NCBI GenBank assembly: GCA_963850555.1
Contig: CAWKLT010000004.1
Span: forward strand, 114,081 to 178,080
DNA length: 64,000 nucleotides
From: an uncultured Chloroflexia bacterium
GTDB taxonomy: Bacteria; Chloroflexota; Limnocylindria; Limnocylindrales; CSP1-4
Direction of reading: 5' to 3'
The notes beneath the pieces were generated by a model, which saw only the letters and a program-made list of their open reading frames with translations, did no database searches and was not told the origin of the DNA. Shown one piece after another: positions 58,184-64,000 of the stretch; the first letter of the stretch is position 1; the number at the start of each line of letters is the position of its first letter. Made by a program: the position numbers and the translations under genes.

Positions 58184-59173
58184 TCAGCCGGGGCGTTCGA
58201 TGACCGGCGTCACGAGCGCGCCGAGTCGCTCGACCTCGAGTCTGACTTCGTCACCGGGCTGGAGGTAGCGGCCAAGGGTGTCATCGCGCACCTCGAGCAG
58301 GCAGCCCGTACCCACCGTCCCCGACCCGATCAGGTCGCCGGGCCGGAGCAGCGCGTCAGAGGACGCGCGCGCGGTGATGTCCGCCAGCCCGTGGACCGCG
58401 TCGGACCAGCGGCCACGCGACGTCTCGACGCCGTTCACCGATGCCGTCATCGCGAGGTCGAAGCCACGTTCGGAGCGCGCGTCCTCGAGCTCGTCTGGCG
58501 TTACCAGCCACGGCCCGAACGAGCTCGCGAAGTCCTTGCCCTTCGCCGGCCCGAGCCGGACGGCCGTCTCGTCACGCTGGAGGTCGCGCGCCGACCAGTC
58601 GTTGAAGATCGTGTAGCCGCCGATCGCCTCCTCGGCACGTTCGGGTGACAGGTCGCGGACGGGCGTGTCGATGAGCGCCGCGACCTCCAGCTCGTAGTCC
58701 AGCTCCTGGGACCCGCGCGGCGCCCACACGGGATCGCCAGGCCCGCGGATCTCCGAGACGTTGGAGAAATAGAAGACGGCCAGGCGGTACCAGGCCTCGG
58801 GGACCTCGCCGCCGCGCCGCTCCCACATCGTGCGGACGTGACCCTCGAAGCCGTAGCCGTCCCGGACCGAGGGCGGGGCCAGCAGCGGTGCGCCGAACAC
58901 GAGGTCCGCCCCCTGCCCGATCGCCTCGTCGTCCTCTCCGCGGGCCTCGAACCCGTCGATCAGATCGGCGAGGGCCGCGACGCGCAGCCCGCGCGCGAGG
59001 TGATCGTCGAGCGTCGTGACCGGCTGGCGGAACATGACGGCGTCGTGGGCGCGTTCCGGTCGAGCGGCGACGATCCGGCGGCGCGCGACCTCCAGGTCGA
59101 GCCAGCGGGTCGGTGGGTCGTCGAGCGCCGCCGCGAGCCGCCACGGCCGCGCCCGCCGGGGCGTGACGTTCAC
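58184..59173 (-). CDS. fumarylacetoacetate hydrolase (FAH)-family protein
   Basis: From GTG 59173 (329 aa): ...LDYELEVAALI...IGGYTIFNDWSARDLQ...GPAKGKDFASSFGPWLVTPDE...GDLIGSGTVGTGCLLE. The upstream part of ORF 58184..59407 overlaps the META gene and is not coding. Confidence 0.8.
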   Translation of the reverse strand: MNVTPRRARPWRLAAALDDPPTRWLDLEVARRRIVAARPERAHDAVMFRQPVTTLDDHLARGLRVAALADLIDGFEARGEDDEAIGQGADLVFGAPLLAPPSVRDGYGFEGHVRTMWERRGGEVPEAWYRLAVFYFSNVSEIRGPGDPVWAPRGSQELDYELEVAALIDTPVRDLSPERAEEAIGGYTIFNDWSARDLQRDETAVRLGPAKGKDFASSFGPWLVTPDELEDARSERGFDLAMTASVNGVETSRGRWSDAVHGLADITARASSDALLRPGDLIGSGTVGTGCLLEVRDDTLGRYLQPGDEVRLEVERLGALVTPVIERPG

Positions 59174-59199
59174 GCACGTGGGCCAGGCGCACGAGTCGG

Positions 59200-59616
59200 T
59201 CAGGCCGGCGTGAAGGTCATCTTGGCAACGCCCTCGAGGGTGAGGAACAAGGCCTGGATCGACCAGGTCTTCGCGCCGGCGAGGCCCGCGAGGAACGCCG
59301 TTTCGACGGCCGTATCCGCCACCGGACAGGCCATCTTCGTCGTCGCGAGCGGGCCGAAGCTGATCGACGACCCGTCCACGGTGTACGTGCCGTTGTACGT
59401 GTTGCAACCCGCGGACCCCGACACGGTGCCATCCGCCCCGAAAGCGATCGTCGGGACCCCTGTCCCGAGCTCGGCCCCGGAGATGCCCTGGAGGACCCAG
59501 GACGTTCCGGGCAGCTCCGTGGGCGGGCCGGCGGCCGAGGGGGCCGCGGAGGCGGCCGGCTGCGAACAGCCGATGAGGGTGAGCGCCGCGACGAGGATGA
59601 CGACTGCAGTTCGCAC
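59200..59616 (-). CDS. META-domain (HslJ-like) lipoprotein, copy 1
   Basis: GTG 59616 follows AGGAGA with a 6-nt spacer. Sequence: VRTAVVILVAALTLIGC (lipobox) ...GTSWVLQGISG...TIAFGADGTVSGSAGCNTYNGTYTVDG. Confidence 0.8.
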   Translation of the reverse strand: MRTAVVILVAALTLIGCSQPAASAAPSAAGPPTELPGTSWVLQGISGAELGTGVPTIAFGADGTVSGSAGCNTYNGTYTVDGSSISFGPLATTKMACPVADTAVETAFLAGLAGAKTWSIQALFLTLEGVAKMTFTPA

Positions 59617-59716
59617 GATGGATCTCCTGGAGGTACGGGCACTCGGTCGGCCGAGCTCTTGGACGATCCGCGCAGGTGCAACAGTAGACCGTTGGTCCAC
59701 CTGCGGTCGCCTGATT

Positions 59717-59742
59717 TCAGCCGGGCTTGATGACCATCAGCC
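59717..59742. repeat. 26-nt exact direct repeat, copy A (the partner is at 60201..60226)
   Basis: TCAGCCGGGCTTGATGACCATCAGCC. In this copy it contains the stop codon of META copy 2. Confidence 0.9.
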
Positions 59743-60159
59743 CCCTTCAGCTGCCCGGGGCTCCGCGACGATCTCCCCGGCCCCCTCGAGCACCAGGTTC
59801 CCGTCCCCGGCCTGCCGCCACGTCGTCGCGCCCTGCAGCCCGGACAGGAAGGCTGCCTCCACCTGCCCGCGCTCGCCCTCGCACCCCATGAGCGTGGACG
59901 AAACCGGGCCGACGGTGATCCGGTCGCCGTCCGTGTGGAAGCTGCCGGTGTACTGGTTACAGCCGCCGCTGCCGCTGACGGTGCCGCCCGGGGCGAAGGT
60001 CATGGTCGGTCGCGCATCGGGTGGCGTTGGCTGGCCGGCGATCGAGACCACGGTCCACGACGTATTGCCGAGGCCGCCATTTGCGGTGTCATCGCCGATC
60101 AGCGAACACCCGGCCAGCATGGCGACCACACCGATGAGCAAGGGGACGTGACGTCGCAT
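59737..60159 (-). CDS. META-domain (HslJ-like) lipoprotein, copy 2
   Basis: ATG 60159 follows AGGAG. Sequence: MRRHVPLLIGVVAMLAGC (lipobox) ...NTSWTVVSIAG...TMTFAPGGTVSGSGGCNQYTGSFHTDG. Confidence 0.8.
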   Translation of the reverse strand: MRRHVPLLIGVVAMLAGCSLIGDDTANGGLGNTSWTVVSIAGQPTPPDARPTMTFAPGGTVSGSGGCNQYTGSFHTDGDRITVGPVSSTLMGCEGERGQVEAAFLSGLQGATTWRQAGDGNLVLEGAGEIVAEPRAAEGG

Positions 60160-60200
60160 GGAGGCGCTCCTGGGTTGATCGACGCTGACCAAGGCCGGCC

Positions 60201-60226
60201 TCAGCCGGGCTTGATGACCATCAGCC
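60201..60226. repeat. 26-nt exact direct repeat, copy B
   Basis: Same 26-mer as 59717..59742. Here it encodes the C-terminus (W)LMVIKPG* of the membrane protein 60201..60680. Confidence 0.9.
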
Positions 60227-60680
60227 AGACGAGCAGCACCAGCCCCACGGTTCCCACCAGGGCCAGGATCTCGGGCCGCCGCGTGTCCAGCATCGCGGCG
60301 AGTGCCGCAGGTTCCATCGTGGGACGGCCGTCGGGTCCGCGTTCCTCGAGCGCCTTGCGCAGGCCCATGTAGTACGGCGAAGCCACGGACCACATGACGA
60401 CGAGCACCACGACGAGGACGACGATCGACGCGATGATCCAGGGCTGTCCCCACAGGTTGGCCCCGGCGGCGGCCCCCAGGCCACCGACGATCAGGAGCAG
60501 CAGGCCGATATACATCGGCCCGACGGCAATCCCGCCGACCTTCAGGAGCGCGTCGACGACGACCGGGTCGCGCTCATTCCGGACGCGGAACGACATGAAC
60601 GCCGATGCGCCGTGGCTGATCGCGAACACCACGAGCCCGACGAGGTGGGCAACGACGAACCAGGAGTAGAACTCGGCCAC
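60201..60680 (-). CDS. Small integral membrane protein (4 TM, DUF2269-like)
   Basis: GTG 60680 follows GGAGAGGGA. Sequence: VAEFYSWFVVAHLVGLVVFAISHGASAFMSF...IGLLLLIVGGLGAAAG...IIASIVVLVVVLVVMW...ILALVGTVGLVLLVWLMVIKPG; 159 aa. Confidence 0.72.
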   Translation of the reverse strand: MAEFYSWFVVAHLVGLVVFAISHGASAFMSFRVRNERDPVVVDALLKVGGIAVGPMYIGLLLLIVGGLGAAAGANLWGQPWIIASIVVLVVVLVVMWSVASPYYMGLRKALEERGPDGRPTMEPAALAAMLDTRRPEILALVGTVGLVLLVWLMVIKPG

Positions 60681-60811
60681 GGTCCCTCTCCGCTGCGTGC
60701 GCTGGACGCCGTTGAGGATACTGGCTCGATCTGCAAGATTGAACGCCCGCGGCCCCGATACGGCCATAGAGAGCGGACGGCGTCCCCGACGGACGCCCCG
60801 AGGACGGATAC

Positions 60812-61363
60812 GTGGACCGCGACCTCGTCGAGTTGGCCCAGCACGGCGATCAGTCGGCATTCGTCGATCTGATCCGTGCACGCGTGGATCGGCTCTACGC
60901 GACCGCGCACCGGATCCTCCGCGACATCGATCGTTCCGAGGATGCTCTGCAGGACGCACTGGTGATCGCCTGGCGTGACCTGCGTGGCCTCCGCGATCCG
61001 GAGCGCTTCGACGCGTGGTTGCACCGGCTCGTCGTCCGCGAATGCATCGACCAGGCGACGCGTGAGCGCCGCCGGGTCGCGAATCTGCGGATGCTGCCGG
61101 TCGACGGACCGGCCGCCTCCGATGATCTGATGACCCTTGCCGACCGTGACCAGCTCGAACGCGGGTTCCGGCGGCTGTCGCCCGACCAGCGGGCGATCCT
61201 CGTCCTGCACCACTTCCACGGGTACGCCCCGTCCGAGATCGCCGAGACGCTCGGCATCGCGCCCGGGACGGCCCGATCCCGACTCCATCACGCCCATCGC
61301 GCCATGCGCGCCGCCCTGGACGCCGATGCCCGGGTCGCCTTCGAAGGAGGTCGTTCCGCATGA
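60812..61363 (+). CDS. ECF (group 4) RNA polymerase sigma factor
   Basis: 183 aa: SEDALQDALVIAWRDL...FDAWLHRLVVRECIDQ...LSPDQRAILVLHHFHGYAPSEIAETLGIAPGTARSRLHHA. Paralogue of 51484..52044. Confidence 0.88.
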   Translation: MDRDLVELAQHGDQSAFVDLIRARVDRLYATAHRILRDIDRSEDALQDALVIAWRDLRGLRDPERFDAWLHRLVVRECIDQATRERRRVANLRMLPVDGPAASDDLMTLADRDQLERGFRRLSPDQRAILVLHHFHGYAPSEIAETLGIAPGTARSRLHHAHRAMRAALDADARVAFEGGRSA

Positions 61364-62283
61364 CCCGCGAACGCGACATCGAGCATCTGCTCGACACCTG
61401 GTTCCGCGATGGCCCGACCGAAGCACCGGATCGCATCGTCGATGCGGTCGCGGATCGGATCGGCCGTCAGTCCCAGCGGCCTGCGTGGCGCCTCGAATGG
61501 AGGCACGTCCACATGACTTCGACCGTGAAACTCGCGACCGCCCTCGCGGCCGTCGCCATAGTCGCATTCCTCGGGTGGCGGTTCCTGCCGGGCTCCTCTG
61601 GGGGTGTCGGCGGCGATCCCGCGCCGAGTAGCTCGCCATCCGCATCGGCCTCCCCGAGCATCCTGTCCTCCTCGACCCCCGTCGCGTGCGAAGACGACCT
61701 GGCGGGGTGCGCCGGTCCCCTGGCGGCCGGCAACCATCGCTCCAACCGGCTCGTGCCGGCGATCTCGTTCGAGACGCCGGCGAACTGGAAGAACGTCATC
61801 GACCTGCCGGCGCTCTACAAGATCGATCCACCCGGCTTCGGCAGTCCGAACATCCTCGTATGGGCGGATGCGGCCATCAGCGACCAGGCGACGAACTGCA
61901 GTCCGGAGCCCGACCCCGACCTGGGTCGAACGGCCGCCGACTGGATCGCATTCGTAACGTCACATCCCGGGCTGGACGCGAGTGAGCCTGTCGACGTCGA
62001 TTTCGACGGACGGACCGGCCAGCAAGTGGAGGTCACCGTCGCCGCCGACTGGACCGCGACGTGTCCGAACCATGAAGGGCCGTATGTGATGTTCCTCACC
62101 CAGACCGTCGATGGGCAACGGGCCGAATACGGCGTCCCCTCGGACCAGCGGCTACTCCTGACGGTTGTCGACGTGGCCGGACGGACCCTCGTCATCGAAT
62201 CCTATGGTCCGATTGCGGCGGACGCCTTCGCCTCGAGCATCGGACCCGCGCGCGACATCATCGCCTCGTTCCGCTTCGACTGA
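61360..62283 (+). CDS. Single-pass membrane partner of the ECF sigma (anti-sigma candidate)
   Basis: ATGA overlap with the sigma gene. N-terminal LLDTWFRDGPTEAPDRIVDAV, TM helix VKLATALAAVAIVAFLGW, a Ser/Pro linker and a ~220-aa extracytoplasmic domain. Confidence 0.72.
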   Translation: MTRERDIEHLLDTWFRDGPTEAPDRIVDAVADRIGRQSQRPAWRLEWRHVHMTSTVKLATALAAVAIVAFLGWRFLPGSSGGVGGDPAPSSSPSASASPSILSSSTPVACEDDLAGCAGPLAAGNHRSNRLVPAISFETPANWKNVIDLPALYKIDPPGFGSPNILVWADAAISDQATNCSPEPDPDLGRTAADWIAFVTSHPGLDASEPVDVDFDGRTGQQVEVTVAADWTATCPNHEGPYVMFLTQTVDGQRAEYGVPSDQRLLLTVVDVAGRTLVIESYGPIAADAFASSIGPARDIIASFRFD

Positions 62284-62509
62284 GCGCGCGGGTGCGCATG
62301 CCCCTTGCCCAGTAACGGCGCGGGAGCCTTCCTAGAGGTTCCCGCGCTTCTCCTGCTCGCGTTCGATCGCCTCGAACGGGCCCTGAAGTTGCCGACGCCG
62401 AAGCCGCACCTGGCTGGCGCGATTCGTGCTCGAGGACGATTCGTCGTTGTACGTTTTGCTTGCCTGCAGCGTCTGTCCGTTGACAGAGTCCTGAGCCGGA
62501 GGCGAAATC

Positions 62510-62992
62510 ATGCGTCCAACGCGAAACGCCGTTCTCGTGTTGTGCGCGATCCTGGCCCTCGGTATCCGGGCCTCGGAGGTTTCGGCGACCTCGACACCAC
62601 ACCCGGTGCACATCCTCAAGGACTGCAGCACCTTCGACGGCACGCCGCCCTCGTTGTGCACCATCGCCGAGTCGGATCTCGGCGCCATCCCGGTGGGCAC
62701 CAAGGTCTGGTATCTGGGCCCGGTCCTCACGAACTCGTATTTCCTGAGCAGCGATGTGTCCCTGGAGGCCGTGGGAGGCACAGCCACCGGCTACTGCATC
62801 TTCGTGTCGAAGCCATCGACAGGCATCTGCACGTTCTGGACGGGGACCGGGACTCTCGCCCGGTTTACCGCCGTGCTTGACGTGACCCGCGATGCCGCCG
62901 GGCTGTGGCACTGGGATGGGATCTACTACTTCGCCGACCCATCTGACCCAGTAGGGGCGGCCGCGGGCGGGTCGGCAACAGCGTGGCACTGA
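62510..62992 (+). CDS. Secreted Cys-containing protein of unknown function
   Basis: Signal peptide MRPTRNAVLVLCAILALGIRASEVSA. The mature ~135 aa carry 4 Cys (KDCSTF..PSLCTI..GYCIFVSKPSTGICTFW). The region has visibly lower GC than its surroundings. Confidence 0.6.
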   Translation: MRPTRNAVLVLCAILALGIRASEVSATSTPHPVHILKDCSTFDGTPPSLCTIAESDLGAIPVGTKVWYLGPVLTNSYFLSSDVSLEAVGGTATGYCIFVSKPSTGICTFWTGTGTLARFTAVLDVTRDAAGLWHWDGIYYFADPSDPVGAAAGGSATAWH

Positions 62993-63531
62993 CGGCGTCT
63001 CGGACCCTTCACTCGCAGACGCCCCTTGTGGAAGCACATCCGCTCGGTTCCGCGACGGTCGCTGACGTCCACGTGCGGAGGGGCCGCGAGCTATTCGGCC
63101 TGTGCCGTCGGCTCGGACTCGACGAGGACGAGGCGAACGACGCTGTTCAAGAAGCCTTCGTGCGGATGCTGACAGAGTCGACGCGCGGGACCGTGATCAC
63201 CGATCCGGAGGCCTGGGCGTTCAGGGTCACGTATCGGCTTGCGATGGACCACCACCGGCTCGCTCGGACCGTGCGATCGCTGACCGACCGCCTTGCCGCG
63301 GTCGACCAACGAGAGGATGTCGATCCGACCGACCGCCTGGCCGTGTGGACCGCGGTGGACCAGCTCCCGCCTCGCCAGCGGGCCGTCATCTACCTCCGCT
63401 ATCGAGCGGACCTGTCGTACGACCGCATCGGGTCCGTCATGGGAATCACCGCGAACGGTGCTCGCAACGATGCGAGCGCGGCCACCGCCACCCTCCGCAA
63501 ACGCTGCCGCAGCGAGGAGGGTCCCCGATGA
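62983..63531 (+). CDS. ECF-type sigma factor (divergent), start uncertain
   Basis: EANDAVQEAFVRML...PEAWAFRVTYRLAMDHHR...LPPRQRAVIYLRYRADLSYDRIGSVMGITANGARNDA. The listed start overlaps the upstream gene by 10 nt, so a downstream GTG start is possible. Confidence 0.7.
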   Translation: MALTASRTLHSQTPLVEAHPLGSATVADVHVRRGRELFGLCRRLGLDEDEANDAVQEAFVRMLTESTRGTVITDPEAWAFRVTYRLAMDHHRLARTVRSLTDRLAAVDQREDVDPTDRLAVWTAVDQLPPRQRAVIYLRYRADLSYDRIGSVMGITANGARNDASAATATLRKRCRSEEGPR

Positions 63532-64000
63532 CCGGCCCGTTCGACGCATTGGACCGATCCCTTCGAGACGGACCGCCGGACGAGGTCGGGTATCGACCTC
63601 AGCCGCAGGTCACGTCGCGCGGCCTGGCGACAGACGCCGGGAGTGGGGTCGTCCCGCCCGGGCCGGTGGCTCCCGCCCTCCCGGTGTGGCGCACCCGAAC
63701 CGGCTCGCCATGGCGCTACGCGGTCACCATGCTGGTCCTTCTCGGGCTGGTGGGGACCGGGATCGCGATCTCGTCAAGCCGTGTCGGGTCCAACCCATGG
63801 ACGGCTCCGGCGCCAGATTTCGGGCCCCTTACGGAGACGTTCGCCTCGCCAAGGCACGGCTTCTCGGTGCGGTATCCGGCAGGTTGGACGGTCCGGCCGG
63901 CGACCTCGAGCTGGCCCCAGAACGACTTCTTGCCGATCCAAAGCCCCGGCTTCGATCGACTGCTGCGCCCAGGTGTGGCGCGGCTGCTCGTGGCCTCGCA
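63528..64000 (+). CDS. Membrane partner of the third ECF sigma (partial, runs off the window)
   Basis: ATGA overlap with the sigma stop. Sequence: MTGPFDALDRSLRDGPPDEVGY... TM helix YAVTMLVLLGLVGTGIAI ... FASPRHGFSVRYPAGWTVRP (same extracytoplasmic motif as 52041..52928). Confidence 0.65.
   Translation, partial: MTGPFDALDRSLRDGPPDEVGYRPQPQVTSRGLATDAGSGVVPPGPVAPALPVWRTRTGSPWRYAVTMLVLLGLVGTGIAISSSRVGSNPWTAPAPDFGPLTETFASPRHGFSVRYPAGWTVRPATSSWPQNDFLPIQSPGFDRLLRPGVARLLVAS

Noticed and set aside
62332-62787. Minus-strand ORFs (62332..62787 and 62258..63037) opposite the secreted four-Cys protein.
   Set aside because: There is no SD and no recognisable start context, and the composition is Arg/Ser-rich. 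The plus-strand ORF has a canonical signal peptide and better coding character.

Overview
High-GC (~70%) bacterial chromosomal segment. Gene content points to an Actinomycetota-like organism: an F420/LLM-type oxidoreductase, a MarP-like CvpA-S1 protease, LAL-type LuxR regulators, tandem KAS-II genes, KorAB and possible leaderless starts. About 65 genes are supported. The backbone is housekeeping metabolism. It includes a translationally coupled ilvB-ilvN-ilvC-leuA-leuB-cimA operon (minus strand) behind a promoter, Leu-rich leader ORF and terminator. It also includes leuCD, ilvD, fabD-fabF-fabF with a divergent MarR, korAB, homogentisate-pathway genes (hmgA, an FAH-family gene), a copA P-type ATPase, ogt, and three ECF sigma/membrane-partner pairs. 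Three things stand out. (1) The window is dense in nucleotide second-messenger components. There is a GGDEF-EAL protein plus DUF5317, followed by a clear class-I c-di-GMP (GEMM-I) riboswitch that fronts only a 30-codon hydrophobic micro-ORF and a terminator. There are also two paralogous MFS-transporter/cNMP-binding fusions, a stand-alone cNMP-binding protein, and a tightly coupled Crp - GAF - signal-less S8 protease operon convergent with a small acidic peptide gene that carries a CRP-like palindrome. (2) There are unusual fusions: CopA with an extra TM helix and a C-terminal cupredoxin, LLM oxidoreductase with tandem GNAT domains, and a REC-like domain with an M24 peptidase. (3) At least 12 single-base frame disruptions, mostly net +1, hit 10 otherwise well-conserved genes (cimA, ilvD, copA, both MFS-cNMP genes, EamA, HpcH and others). 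Consensus indel error seems more likely than real decay, but this must be checked against reads. No rRNA, tRNA, CRISPR array, transposase or integrase was recognised.
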